Of a stretch of DNA of 32,000 bases, positions 1-10,271 are shown one piece after another. The stretch is from NCBI RefSeq assembly GCF_035285525.1, contig NZ_JAYKGW010000124.1, positions 3,226 to 35,225 on the forward strand, given 5' to 3'. The notes below the pieces were generated by a model, which searched no databases, was not told the DNA's origin, and saw only the letters and a list, made by a program, of their open reading frames with translations. The position numbers were made by a program, and so were the translations under genes. Origin of the DNA: Okeania sp. Lineage in GTDB: Bacteria > Cyanobacteriota > Cyanobacteriia > Cyanobacteriales > Microcoleaceae. Position 1 is the first letter of the stretch. Each line of letters begins with the position of its first letter.

Positions 1-1104
1 ACCAGGGTGATCTTTAGTGAGGAAACGAGCATAAAATCTGGTGACAAGTTCTGTCATTTCTGCTGTTTCGCAATAGTGTTGGTGAGTACAACTTAATAAC
101 GGGTGGGGAATAGGTTCGGTTTCTGTTTGCAGAATCGCAGCAATACTCATAATATCTGAAACTACTGCACTTGCAGTGGGACCGGAACCAGCACCAGGAC
201 CGAAAAACATAACTTGTCCGATGGGTTCTCCGGCAATCAGAATGGCATTATAGACATCGTTGATACTAGCGAGGGGGTGAGTTTTGGGAACTAGAGTTGG
301 ATGTACTCTTAGTTCCAGTTTGTCTGCGGTAGGGTTAATGTTGTTTGGATCGCGTTTAGCGATCGCTAATAATTTAATGACAAAGTCTAGTTTGTCCGCA
401 TAAGCAATATCTGCTGCGGTTACTTGACGAATACCTTCACAGTGGATATCTTCTAATTTTATGCGACCGCTAAAAGCAAGGGAAGCAAGAATAGCAATCT
501 TATCTTTAGCATCCAACCCTTCTACATCAGCAGTAGGATCTGCTTCTGCATAACCTAATTTTTGAGCATCAGCGAGAACATCTGCGAAGTCTGCTCCCTC
601 TGTTTGCATTTTGGTAAGGATGTAGTTAGTAGTTCCATTGACAATACCAATAACAGAATGAATCCGATTTACTCCCAGAGATTCTTTCAGAGGTTGAATG
701 ACTGGGATACCACCTCCGACTGCTGCTTCTAACATAACATAAACACCTTTAGCGTTAGCTGCCTCAAAAATTTCTGGACCGTAACGAGAGATAACAGCTT
801 TGTTAGCAGTAACTATATGTTTACCATGTTCGATAGCTTTGAGTATTAGACTTCTTGCTGGTTCCAACCCACCGATGAGTTCTATGATTATGTCTACATC
901 TGGGTCAGTAGCGATCGCTTCTAAGTCTGTTGTGAAAATTTCTGGGGATAGATTAATATCCCTAGTTTTGGATATATCGCGCACACCGACTTGATATATT
1001 TCTAATTCTTGAATCAAAGGATGGCGACCCTCTGGGGATAACAATATTTTTGCTGTCCCTGTACCGACTGTACCTAATCCCAATAAACCAATTTTGAATC
1101 CCAC
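1..1104 (-). CDS. hom: homoserine dehydrogenase, first ~368 codons; the 3' end of the gene lies beyond the window start
   Basis: My own minus-strand translation from GTG at 1104-1102 gives VGFKIGLLGLGTVGTGTAKIL (Rossmann GxGxxG), HIVTANKAVISRYG, MLEAAVGGGIPVIQPL, GIVNGTTNYILTKM and KLGYAEADPTADVEGLDAKDKIAILASLAF. The frame stays open to position 1. It is absent from the ORF track, presumably because it is truncated. Confidence 0.9.
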   Translation of the reverse strand, partial: MGFKIGLLGLGTVGTGTAKILLSPEGRHPLIQELEIYQVGVRDISKTRDINLSPEIFTTDLEAIATDPDVDIIIELIGGLEPARSLILKAIEHGKHIVTANKAVISRYGPEIFEAANAKGVYVMLEAAVGGGIPVIQPLKESLGVNRIHSVIGIVNGTTNYILTKMQTEGADFADVLADAQKLGYAEADPTADVEGLDAKDKIAILASLAFSGRIKLEDIHCEGIRQVTAADIAYADKLDFVIKLLAIAKRDPNNINPTADKLELRVHPTLVPKTHPLASINDVYNAILIAGEPIGQVMFFGPGAGSGPTASAVVSDIMSIAAILQTETEPIPHPLLSCTHQHYCETAEMTELVTRFYARFLTKDHPG

Positions 1105-1199
1105 AATTGTTAACCTGTACTGAATGATTTTTTTAAGTAAAGTTAGATTATAATAGCTGAATATTACTACTATAGTCAAGGAAAAAGGAAGAAGTAAGC

Positions 1200-1799
1200 G
1201 TAGGTTGGGTTGAGGAACTAAACTCAACATTAATAAGGTGGATGTTGGGCTTCACTTTCGTTTTACCCAACCTACATTTTTCAACCAAACTCAACATTAA
1301 TAAATTTTTATTGGGCTTCACTTTCGTTTTACCCAACCTACATTTTTCAACTAAACTCAACATTAATAAATTTTTGTTGGGTTTCACTTTCGTTTTACCC
1401 AACCTACATTTTTCTAAACCCAACATTAATAAATTTTTATTGGGTTTCACTTTCGTTTTACCCAACCTACATTTTTCAACCAAACTCAACATTAATAAAT
1501 TTTTATTGGGTTGCACTTTCGTTTTACCCAACCTACATTTTTCAACCAAACTCAACATTAATAAATTTTTGTTGGCTTTCACTTTCGTTTTACCCAACCT
1601 ACATTTTTCAACCAAACTCAACATTAATAAATTTTTGTTGGGCTTCACTTTCGTTTTACCCAACCTACATTTTTCAACCAAACTCAACATTAATAAGGTG
1701 GATGTTGGGTTGCACTTTCGTTTTACCCAACCTACATTTTTCTAAACCCAACATTAATAAATTTTTATTGGGTTGCACTTTCGTTTTACCCAACTACAT
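1200..1799. repeat. tandem array of 9 units with a 66-bp period (two units are 63 bp, one is 67 bp, the last is truncated), preceded by a seed copy of the dispersed hairpin element GTAGGTTGGGTTGAGGAAC.AAAC.CAACAT
   Basis: The unit is TTGGGCTTCACTTTCGTTTTACCCAACCTACATTTTTCAACCAAACTCAACATTAATAAATTTTTA. Units start at 1245, 1311, 1377, 1440, 1506, 1572, 1638, 1705 and 1768. Each carries, on the minus strand, a variant (GTAGGTTGGGTaaaacgaaagtgaaGCCCAACA) of the hairpin element seen at 13306-13336. The junction variant TAATAAGGTGGATGTTGGG recurs at 1231 and 1691, which suggests a higher-order duplication. Confidence 0.9.
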
Positions 1800-1823
1800 T
1801 ATTTGATATACTTGGAATTTTAT

Positions 1824-3002
1824 TCAAACAAAAGCTTTTATTTCCTCTATTAATTTATCAATTTCTGCCTCTAAACTAAAATAATGAACACCAGCTCTCA
1901 CACAATCTGGATCGAGAATAGTTCTTACCATAATTTCCTGGTTTTCTAAATATTCAACTAACTCTTGATGCGACTTACCATTGGTTAACTGAAAAGAAAC
2001 TAATCCTGCTTCTGGCGCTGCTGTGCGTAAACATTTAACTTCAGGAATTTGACTTAAACTTTCCCATAAATATTTACTCAATTCTTTAATTTTTTCATAT
2101 CTTTCTGTTGCAGTTCCCCATTGATTATGAAAAGCGATCGCTGCCCTTAAACCAGAATATAAAGGATAAGCAGAAGTAGCAATTTCATAACGTCTACCAT
2201 CAGGTTGCCAACTAATTGGTTTACCACTTTTATCTTTCAAAATACCCCGCCAACCAATAAAAGTAGGGCTTAAATTTTCCCTGGCTTTAGCACTTACATA
2301 AAGACCTCCTAAACCTTCTGGTCCACATAGCCATTTATGACCAGTAAAGGCATAAAAATCAACTTCTGTTTCTGCTAATTTTAAAGGTAAAACTCCTACA
2401 GATTGAGCAGCATCAACTAATACTTTAATTGGCGATGGAAATAAATGATGACATGATTTAGCAATTTCTTCTAATGGTAAAACTTGACCTGTATTCCACA
2501 AAAGATGACTAATTACTAATAATTTTGTATTAGGACGTAAATTTTCAGTAATTACTTCTACAGGATTTCCTTCATTTAAAGTTGCCATTATTGGGCAAGT
2601 AGAAACTTCTATATTAAAACGTCTTTTAATTTCATTTATGGTAGCAATAACTCCCGGATGTTCACAGTCAGAAAGTAAGAGATGATCTCCTGGCTGCCAA
2701 TCTATACCCCAAAGTGCAATATTACAACCTACAGTAACATCTTCTGTCAAAGTAATAGTATCACGAGAAACTCCTAATTCAGTAGCGATCGCCCCTCTAA
2801 TTAAAGCTGTTTGATTTTTCATCCAATCAGCAACTTTTCCACAAAAAGGTCCGAGATTTTGTATTTTTTGATAAGAATTATAAATTGCCTGTAAAGATAC
2901 TTCTGGCATCGGTCCTTGACCACCATAATTAAAATAAATTTTATTAGCTAAAGCCGGAAATTTTTGTCTATGACTTGACAATTGGGAAAGATTCTGTTCC
3001 AT
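1824..3002 (-). CDS. class V aminotransferase-fold PLP enzyme, cysteine desulfurase / cystine lyase (C-DES)-like
   Basis: 392-aa ORF. It has YFNYGGQGPMP near the N-terminus, DCEHPGVIA, LVISHLLWNTGQVLP, VLVDAAQSVG and the PLP-lysine motif FTGHKWLCGPEGLGGLYV typical of this fold. From memory it resembles Synechocystis C-DES over its whole length. Confidence 0.8.
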   Translation of the reverse strand: MEQNLSQLSSHRQKFPALANKIYFNYGGQGPMPEVSLQAIYNSYQKIQNLGPFCGKVADWMKNQTALIRGAIATELGVSRDTITLTEDVTVGCNIALWGIDWQPGDHLLLSDCEHPGVIATINEIKRRFNIEVSTCPIMATLNEGNPVEVITENLRPNTKLLVISHLLWNTGQVLPLEEIAKSCHHLFPSPIKVLVDAAQSVGVLPLKLAETEVDFYAFTGHKWLCGPEGLGGLYVSAKARENLSPTFIGWRGILKDKSGKPISWQPDGRRYEIATSAYPLYSGLRAAIAFHNQWGTATERYEKIKELSKYLWESLSQIPEVKCLRTAAPEAGLVSFQLTNGKSHQELVEYLENQEIMVRTILDPDCVRAGVHYFSLEAEIDKLIEEIKAFV

Positions 3003-3324
3003 AAAATCATTAAAATTTAATCATACATAAAATTTTGCCTTAATAATTGTATCATAAATCTTAAGTTCCTTATATTCAATTCTGTTAGGATTTTAACCAG
3101 ATTTAATTAATGGATAATTGATAATACCAATTACCATAAACTTTGCCATGTTTTTATTTTCTATTTATAAATATTATTTATTCGAGGAAATTCTTAATAT
3201 TTGCTAATTCTGGTTATTAATAAAAGTGATTTTTCGAGCTTCTATAGTAAAACTTTCAGCCTTCAGAATAAGTTATTTTTTTGAATAATTTTATACTCTC
3301 CAGTTATTAATTATTAATTAATAA

Positions 3325-5724
3325 CTAATAATTCTTATTTAACAAAATTCTGGTTCCCCAATTTGCCAATACTCTCTGTAAAGCTTCCACTTTAACTGGT
3401 TTACTAATATAATCATCCATACCAGTTTGGAAACAAATTTCGCGATCGCCCTCCATAGCTCCAGCAGTCATTGCCACAATAATAGGTCTTTTACTTAACT
3501 CTTTGCCATACTTTTCCCGGATATGTGTTGTTGCCTCCAAACCTCCCATTTTTGGCATTTGTATATCCATCAAAATCAAATCATAAGTTGCTTTTTCTAA
3601 AGTTGCCAAAGCTTCCAAACCATTATTAGCCACATCACAGAAATAACCCATTAATTCTAACATTGACAATGCCACCTTTTGGTTAACAATATTATCTTCA
3701 ACCAGTAAAATTTTTAAAGGTAGTCGTTTCCCTAAATTTTCATCAGTAGTTACCTGTATTTCATCTTGAACCTGGATTGTTTGACTAGCAAAAATTTGCA
3801 TCAGCACATCATATAATTGATTTAGTTTAATCGGCTTACTTAACCAAGCTTGGAAATTTGCTTTTGCGTCTTCTATAGAGAAATTAATCGAAGTTAACAT
3901 CACTAATGGTAATGTTTTAAATTGAGGAAACTCGCGAATTTTAGCAGCTAAAGTCATACCATCCATTTCCGGCATTTGTAAATCTAGAATAGCCAAATCA
4001 AAATCTTGACTTTTCATCAACAAATCCAAAGCTTTTACACCACTATCTACTTCTGTAGAAATCATATTCCACTTTTCAGTTTGTATTTTTAAAATAAGTC
4101 GATGAGTAGGATTATCATCAATTATTAATACTTGTTTACCAGCAAGTTGAGGCAAAGGATTTTGATAAGGTTTAGGAACACTAGGAGCAACTGTAGTTAG
4201 AATTGTAAAATGAAACGTTGAGCCAACAGTAGTAGAATTTCCAGAGACCAAATTATTTTGATTCTTAACTACAGGAGTTCCAGCTACATTCCCCCCACTT
4301 TTTGCCCACATTTGTCCACCCATCATTTCGCATAGTTGCTTACTAATAACTAACCCCAAACCTGTACCGCCATATCTGCGAGTAGTGGAGGAGTCTACCT
4401 GAGAAAAAGGTTGAAATAGTCGCTTCATACCTTCTTCTGGAATACCAATACCAGTATCTCTAATCGCAAAATGAATTTGGTGGGTAGGAGATTGAGAATA
4501 ATCGGGATTAAGTTCTTCAGCAGTGATATTTATTACTATTTCTCCAGATTCAGTAAATTTAATTCCATTACTAATTAAATTAACTAGAATTTGACGCAAC
4601 CGAGCTGCATCTCCCATAATTGTCAAAGGAGTAGAATCATCTATCATATATGCTATTTCTAGTCCTTTATTTGCAGCTTGAAGAACTAGCAAATCTAAAC
4701 AAGATTCTACACATTCTTGTAAATCAAAAGCTTTGTTTTCTAACTCTAACTTATTAGCATCAATTTTTGAGAAATCAAGAATATCATTAATAATAACGAG
4801 TAAATTATCTCCACTATCACGAAGAATTTCCACAAATTTTCGTTGTTGGGGACTAAGATTGGTATCTAACAGTAAAGTTATCACCCCAATTATGCCATTC
4901 ATAGGCGTGCGGATTTCGTGACTCATATTGGCCACAAATTCTGATTTCAGCTTGGCTAATGATTCAGCTTCTTTTAAGGCCACATCTAATTGCTGATTTT
5001 TTTCTTGTAATTCTGCTGCTATTTGGACTGTTTCTTGCTGAGATTTGGCCACTTCTTGAATATGTAGTTCAACCTGTCTAACTGCTGGTCGAAATACAAA
5101 TAGTCCTTCTGACAAAAGCAGTAATATAGAAATTACTAATAATAAATCTTCAGTTTGTCTACTTTGCTGAACTTTTTTCTGGGCTTCAGCATCATATTGA
5201 AAGACAATTTTATTCATCCGAGGCAGAAAATTTGCCTCATTTTTCAGAATTATTTCTATATAAGAATTAATATTTTTCTCTGTTGAATTTGAGTTAATAG
5301 TTATTAGCAAACTTTTTGCAGCTCCAACCATTTCTTGGTAATATTGTTCCATTTCAGTAAACATTTGTTTTACTGTAGGACTATTATTATTAGCAGGTAA
5401 TCCTAATTCTGAATCTCCCCACTGCAGTCCTTCGTGGGAACGTTGGAATAACTTTAAGACATCTTTTAATTCTTGTTGTCTTTGTTTTTTAATTTCTGGA
5501 TTCTGGCTCAACTGGATTGCTAATGAAGCTTTAGTAAGTTTTTGACTAAGCATTCTTTGGCGACCTGCAATATTAATTACCCGAGAGCTAGCAAATTGAT
5601 ATTTTAGGGATTTTTCTGCTAGAATTTGAGCAACTACAAATAACCCTGCAATTACACTAAGTCCGGCAATATAAAGTACAGTCAGATGGTGAGTTGGAGA
5701 TGGCTTTTGTGTTCTTTCTAACAT
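3325..5724 (-). CDS. hybrid sensor histidine kinase with an N-terminal PilJ/NarX-type sensor region and two C-terminal receiver domains
   Basis: 799-aa ORF. It has an N-terminal TM helix, [17 protein letters not shown] (PilJ-type N-terminal motif), a second TM and a coiled coil. The H-box is [13 protein letters not shown] and the ATPase G-boxes are DTGIGIP and [11 protein letters not shown]. The receiver aspartates lie in [11 protein letters not shown] and [11 protein letters not shown]. Confidence 0.9.
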   Translation of the reverse strand: MLERTQKPSPTHHLTVLYIAGLSVIAGLFVVAQILAEKSLKYQFASSRVINIAGRQRMLSQKLTKASLAIQLSQNPEIKKQRQQELKDVLKLFQRSHEGLQWGDSELGLPANNNSPTVKQMFTEMEQYYQEMVGAAKSLLITINSNSTEKNINSYIEIILKNEANFLPRMNKIVFQYDAEAQKKVQQSRQTEDLLLVISILLLLSEGLFVFRPAVRQVELHIQEVAKSQQETVQIAAELQEKNQQLDVALKEAESLAKLKSEFVANMSHEIRTPMNGIIGVITLLLDTNLSPQQRKFVEILRDSGDNLLVIINDILDFSKIDANKLELENKAFDLQECVESCLDLLVLQAANKGLEIAYMIDDSTPLTIMGDAARLRQILVNLISNGIKFTESGEIVINITAEELNPDYSQSPTHQIHFAIRDTGIGIPEEGMKRLFQPFSQVDSSTTRRYGGTGLGLVISKQLCEMMGGQMWAKSGGNVAGTPVVKNQNNLVSGNSTTVGSTFHFTILTTVAPSVPKPYQNPLPQLAGKQVLIIDDNPTHRLILKIQTEKWNMISTEVDSGVKALDLLMKSQDFDLAILDLQMPEMDGMTLAAKIREFPQFKTLPLVMLTSINFSIEDAKANFQAWLSKPIKLNQLYDVLMQIFASQTIQVQDEIQVTTDENLGKRLPLKILLVEDNIVNQKVALSMLELMGYFCDVANNGLEALATLEKATYDLILMDIQMPKMGGLEATTHIREKYGKELSKRPIIVAMTAGAMEGDREICFQTGMDDYISKPVKVEALQRVLANWGTRILLNKNY

Positions 5725-6030
5725 TTTTATTGTTATAATTAACTCTGTTGATATTCGATTATTTGATCATTATAAATATTTGTTATTTTTGATCCAGTTA
5801 CTTTTTGAGGAAAGAGGGAATAGGGAAGAGGGAATAGGTATGGAAGGAAATGGATAATTAATAATTAATAACTAATAATTAATAATGGATAATCAGAGGT
5901 TTAAGTCTTTTTCTTTAAATGGATAGTAAGTATTCAGTTGTCAACTAACCTCCTACCTAGAACCTGTAGTAACAGAAGAGTGCTTTTAGTTTTAGATAAA
6001 AGCTTGACTAATTGAACCAGAATTAAATAT

Positions 6031-6715
6031 GTAAGTATTTAGCTATTAGCAGTTAGCTAATAGCCGAGCCAACATACAAGACTGATTAAAATTAGCGGAC
6101 GATATTTTTCTTTAGATTTCACTTTTTGGATATTAATTTATTCTTCTAAACAGGATAAGTTAATAACTCATAGCTGTTAGAAAAGCTCTTCTGAAAAAGG
6201 CTAACTGATAGCTGAGGGCTAAATGCTTACTTAAATATTAACTACAAAAGCTGGCTTTAAAGCCTATATTCCATTGATAATTTCTCCTTTTACTGAGAGC
6301 TGACAGCTAATAGCTGAATGCTTACATTAGAGTGTTGCATATTTAGTATATTTATAGGATTAATTATAGTTTTATAGCAAAAGGAAGTGAAATATAAAAT
6401 GTAGCAACTCAATTATATCATAATTAATTAGAGATAATGAAAATTATCCATTATAATTTAATAATATATTCATGCTTGGTTAAATACTCTCGGCTTTAAC
6501 TAGAGGTAATTATTCATTATCCATTCCAATGTAAGCATTTAGCTATTAGCCATCAGCTCTCAATAAATCCTATTTAAACTTGAAAATTTATTGAAATATA
6601 TAACCTTTAAAGTCGGCTTTGATAGTAAGATTATATTTCCCTTAACTAATAAAGATTTTATTTAAAACTAAAATAAATAGCTAACTGATGACTGCTAATT
6701 GCTAATTGCTTACAT
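6031..6715. repeat. five blocks of degenerate heptamer (STRR-like) repeats of the AGCTNAT type, each ending in TGCTTAC(A)
   Basis: The blocks are at 6031-6067 (reverse orientation), 6199-6230, 6296-6327, 6531-6560 (reverse) and 6679-6715, for example GAGAGCTGACAGCTAATAGCTGAATGCTTACAT. Further blocks of the same type lie at 17041-17075, 17192-17226, 18961-18992, 19093-19130, 25073-25100 and 29931-29967. Confidence 0.75.
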
Positions 6716-6792
6716 TGTAATTTTTTGACTAAAAAGAAAGTCATAATTCAAACAACTGCTATTAAATTCCAGACTCACCAACTAAATAATTA

Positions 6793-8310
6793 ATGTTTAT
6801 AACTGACTCTCAGCTACTCTCTTTTCAACGTTGTTCCAGAAAAGCATTTTTAGATGTTTATGGAAACTGGAAACAACAAGAATCTCCCACTGATTTTCTC
6901 CAGAAACTCATTAGAGATAGTTCGGAATTTAGAGCTAGCATTATTAATAATTATAACTATCAAGAACCAGACTATCCTCACGGAAATTTAATTGCCGGAT
7001 TAAAAGCTACAGAACTATTAATGACAGAAGGTGTTGATGTTATTTACAAAGGCATATTAATGATACAGAAATCTGCCATAAAATTAGCTCCACAAAATCA
7101 AATACAGAATCATAATTTTCCAGCAATTAATTTTGTCAGTCATCCAGATTTATTGATTAAACAACCAGGAGATTCTCGGTTTGGTAATTGGATTTATATT
7201 CCCACAGATATTAAGTTGAGCAAACGTCCTAAATTAGAGTATCAAATAGTTGGTGCTTTCCATGCTCAAATATTAGGTAATATTCAAGAATGTTTGCCAG
7301 AAACTGCTAGATTAATTCTCCGCACAAAAAGATTATATGAAGTTAATTTAACACAGCGACTTGAGCAAATGCAGAAAACTATTTCTGAGTTAATTAATAT
7401 GCTGCAAAATTGTCAAGAACCAGAAGTATTTATTTCTCGGCAAAAATGTCATTTTTGCACTTGGTATAATAGCTGCCATGCTGTTGCAGAAACTCAAAAA
7501 CATTTATCTCTTTTACCGGGAGTTACATCTAATAGATATAGTGTGTTGAAGAGCTTAAATTTAACAAATTTAGAATCTTTAAGTAAAACTAATCCTGATG
7601 ATTTAGAATGTCACCCAGAATTTGCCGATGGAGTCGGAGTACAAGTTGTTCAACAAGCTCAATCTGTTTGGGAAAATAAAGTAATTCTGAGAAATAGAAA
7701 CTTGACCGAAAAAACAGACAATCAAACTTTACCAATTGTTTTTAATCCATTAAATAAGTTAGTCAATGCACCAGTAGAATTATATTTCGATATTGAAGCT
7801 CAACCAGATATTAACCTAGATTATTTACATGGTGTTTTGGTAGTTGATAAACGCTATAACACAGAAAAATTTTATGTTCATTTAGCCGAAAATCCTCTAG
7901 ATGAAAAATTAATTTGGCATCAATTTTTAGACTTAGTATGGAAATATCCTATCGCTCCAATATATCACTTCTGTGAATATGAAATTAAAACAGTAAAAAG
8001 ATTAGCTAAACTCTATCAAACTCCAACTTACCTATGGAAACCATTATTAAAAAGATTTGTAGATGTTCATCAAGTTATTACTCAAACTATTACATTGCCC
8101 ATAGAAAGTTATGCTCTCAAAAATATTGCCCGTTGGTTAGGTTTTGAATGGCGAAACCCCGAAGCTAATGGTGCTCAATCTGTTTGTTGGTATGAACAAT
8201 GGTTAAAAACAGGCGATCGCTCTTTATTAGATGAAATTATTACTTATAATCAAGATGATTGTTATGCTACTTATTATATTAAAGAATGGTTGTCAAAGTT
8301 TAATGAATAA
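6793..8310 (+). CDS. RecB-family nuclease of the TM0106 type (N-terminal PD-(D/E)xK/Cys-cluster nuclease plus C-terminal RNase H-like exonuclease fold)
   Basis: 505-aa ORF. The N-terminus FITDSQLLSFQRCSRKAFLDVYG matches the conserved start of cyanobacterial TM0106-family proteins. It also has a Cys cluster CHFCTWYNSC and exonuclease-like motifs ELYFDIEA and YNQDDCYATY. Confidence 0.75.
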   Translation: MFITDSQLLSFQRCSRKAFLDVYGNWKQQESPTDFLQKLIRDSSEFRASIINNYNYQEPDYPHGNLIAGLKATELLMTEGVDVIYKGILMIQKSAIKLAPQNQIQNHNFPAINFVSHPDLLIKQPGDSRFGNWIYIPTDIKLSKRPKLEYQIVGAFHAQILGNIQECLPETARLILRTKRLYEVNLTQRLEQMQKTISELINMLQNCQEPEVFISRQKCHFCTWYNSCHAVAETQKHLSLLPGVTSNRYSVLKSLNLTNLESLSKTNPDDLECHPEFADGVGVQVVQQAQSVWENKVILRNRNLTEKTDNQTLPIVFNPLNKLVNAPVELYFDIEAQPDINLDYLHGVLVVDKRYNTEKFYVHLAENPLDEKLIWHQFLDLVWKYPIAPIYHFCEYEIKTVKRLAKLYQTPTYLWKPLLKRFVDVHQVITQTITLPIESYALKNIARWLGFEWRNPEANGAQSVCWYEQWLKTGDRSLLDEIITYNQDDCYATYYIKEWLSKFNE

Positions 8311-8457
8311 TGAATAATTAATAATTAATAATTGAGGATAAAAATTACAGCATATTCCATCTTAGCATGGTACAGATATGACAGCCTAGAAGACTATTTT
8401 ACAGAGGTTTTATAATTAATATTTGCACAACATAAACTTAGAATATGCTGTATTTCT

Positions 8458-8756
8458 AATTAGGGCTTGCTGAAAAAGTGTTTTTAGGAGATGGGGTGAT
8501 AGAGTGGTAGGGTGATGGAGAGTAAACTTTTTTGCCCAAATCTTGCACAAAATTCTAGCTTTTTGAACATGAATAGCTAGAGCAAAAAGAAAACAATTTC
8601 CTCAATATTTTCTTTCTAAAAAGGTCAAAAATTTAGAATATTTGGTTGACATGAGCCAGAAAAATTAAGGGATAATGCTTTCTCCTACCTTCTCTAAATT
8701 CCACATTTATCCTGACTTATTCCCTGACCAGAGACTTTATTCAGCAAACCCTAATT
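8458..8756. mobile_element. MITE-like element (~299 bp) of the AATTAGGG-TIR family
   Basis: The left end is AATTAGGGCTTGCTGAA. The reverse complement of the right end is AATTAGGGTTTGCTGAA (16/17 identical). There is no ORF of 60 aa or more inside. The internal motif TTGCCCAAATCTTGCAC is shared with other copies. Confidence 0.75.
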
Positions 8757-8799
8757 GTTAATTATTAATTATTGAAAATAGCCATAAGAATTGCCAAAT

Positions 8800-9924
8800 A
8801 TGAACAACAAAAAAAATCCCATATATCAATACTTAATTTTTACCTTAATTATTTGCTTATTTATTATTGTAACTACAGCCATAGTTATTAAATCAATGAC
8901 TCAAGCAAGTATCCCTAAAATAACTTTTTTAGGAGAGGTAAATTTTCCCACAGGTTTCAAATTTAAAAATACAGAACTAGGCGGACTTTCTGGCATAACC
9001 TATAATCCAGAAAAACAAATTTATTATGCTATTTCTGATGACCGTAGCAGTAAAGCACCAGCTAGGTTTTATACTCTAAAAATTGACCTAAAACCAGATA
9101 AAATATCAGAAGAAACTGTAACCTTTATAGATGTCACAACTTTATTAAATGAAACAGGTCAACCATTTCCTTCCTTGAGTATTGACCCAGAAGGAATTAC
9201 TTTTAACAAAACTAATTTATTTATCTCTTCTGAAGGAGATAAAAAACGTCAAATACAACCATTTATTAGAGAATTTTCTCTAGAAGGTAAACAAATACGA
9301 AACTTGCCAATTCCCGAAAAGTTTCTCATCGAACCTGAAACTGGAATCAGAAATAATATGGCTTTAGAAAGTTTAACTATTACCCCTAGTCAAAAATATC
9401 TCTTTACTGCCACAGAAAATGCTTTACTTCAAGATGGTGCAGCAGCAACTATTTCCAATGGTAGTTATTGTCGAATTTTACAGTATAATTTAATTGAAGA
9501 TCAGCCAGAAAAAGAATTTCTATATATCACAGAACCTATTATTTCTAAATCTAATAATTCAAGTAAATTTCAGACTAATGGTTTAGTAGAATTAATAGCA
9601 TTAGATGATACTCATCTCTTAAGTTTAGAAAGGTCTTTTTCTCTAGACACTGGAAATGTAATTAAACTATTTCAAATTAACTTGTCAAATGCAGATAATA
9701 TTCAACAAATTAATAGTTTAAATACTCAATTTAATAATATTTCTCCCGTACAAAAAGAATTACTCTTAGATTTGAGCAGCCTAGAATTAATTTCAGATAA
9801 TATAGAAGGCATGACTCTTGGCCCAACTTTAGCCACTGGTCGGCGATCGCTCATCCTAATCAGCGATAATAACTTTAATCCTCTACAATTGACTCAGGTT
9901 CTGATTTTCAGCACCAACCTCTAG
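8800..9924 (+). CDS. secreted esterase-like / phytase-like domain protein
   Basis: The ORF track starts at TTG 8791; ATG at 8800 is the more likely start. It has an N-terminal hydrophobic anchor or signal (IYQYLIFTLIICLFIIVTTAIVI). GGLSGITYNPEKQIYYAISDDRS and EGMTLGP...LILISDNNFN are typical of the phytase-like (esterase-like activity of phytase) family. Confidence 0.7.
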   Translation: MNNKKNPIYQYLIFTLIICLFIIVTTAIVIKSMTQASIPKITFLGEVNFPTGFKFKNTELGGLSGITYNPEKQIYYAISDDRSSKAPARFYTLKIDLKPDKISEETVTFIDVTTLLNETGQPFPSLSIDPEGITFNKTNLFISSEGDKKRQIQPFIREFSLEGKQIRNLPIPEKFLIEPETGIRNNMALESLTITPSQKYLFTATENALLQDGAAATISNGSYCRILQYNLIEDQPEKEFLYITEPIISKSNNSSKFQTNGLVELIALDDTHLLSLERSFSLDTGNVIKLFQINLSNADNIQQINSLNTQFNNISPVQKELLLDLSSLELISDNIEGMTLGPTLATGRRSLILISDNNFNPLQLTQVLIFSTNL

Positions 9925-9934
9925 TTACTGGAGA

Positions 9935-10086
9935 GTACAAAGTTCTCCTAAAAGATGATTTGCTTTTAAGGCTGAAAGGATTACTGGAAAGTGCTTACAG
10001 CACCTACAGTCATAAATAAAAAGTTTCCAATCTTTAAGATAGCTGAAAGCCTTAGCTAGCAATATTTATTCCTAGAACTTTGCACT
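9935..10086. mobile_element. inverted-repeat element (~152 bp), putative MITE
   Basis: The arms are GAGAGTACAAAGTTCTCCTAAAA and, as reverse complement of the right end, CAGTGCAAAGTTCTAGGAATAA. The core GT(A/G)CAAAGTTCT matches 11/12. The interior is non-coding. Confidence 0.45.
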
Positions 10087-10271
10087 GTTCAGTCTATTTA
10101 TTAAAATCAACATTCAAAATTTAAAATTTCAAAGTAATATAAAGCTGGCCGACACAAACAAGAAACCAGGTTTATGAGCTAAATCATTCTTCTCAAAATC
10201 AGGAAACTTTGTGGATAAACCCTGTTTCTGCCTAGGTTCTCAAAGATTCAAAAAAAAATTTCCAGAAATGC

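Noticed and set aside
1148-1745. The 180-aa (minus strand) and 167-aa (plus strand) ORFs encode perfectly repetitive 22-residue peptides and could be taken for repeat proteins.
   Set aside because: They exist only because the 66-bp tandem unit is a multiple of 3 and happens to lack stop codons in two frames. They overlap each other on opposite strands, have no RBS, and their peptide (CRLGKTKVKPN...) is the usual translation artefact of the dispersed hairpin repeat.
1200-1799. The regular repeat array could be a CRISPR array.
   Set aside because: The whole 66-bp unit is repeated with no unique spacers between conserved repeats, and there are no cas genes in the window. The same applies to the 26-bp array at 20193-20322 and the 70-bp repeat at 31877-32000.
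1200-1799. The array could be an NsiR1-type heterocyst sRNA array.
   Set aside because: The units lack the TCCGGA (DIF) motif and the sequence of that sRNA family as I recall it. Only the general architecture is analogous, so I kept it as a hypothesis to test rather than a call.
6793-8310. The RecB-like nuclease could be part of a defence system.
   Set aside because: It is a stand-alone gene of a family that is, as far as I know, broadly conserved in cyanobacteria. It has no partner genes (helicase, methylase, ATPase) nearby and sits between a two-component kinase and a secreted phytase-like protein.
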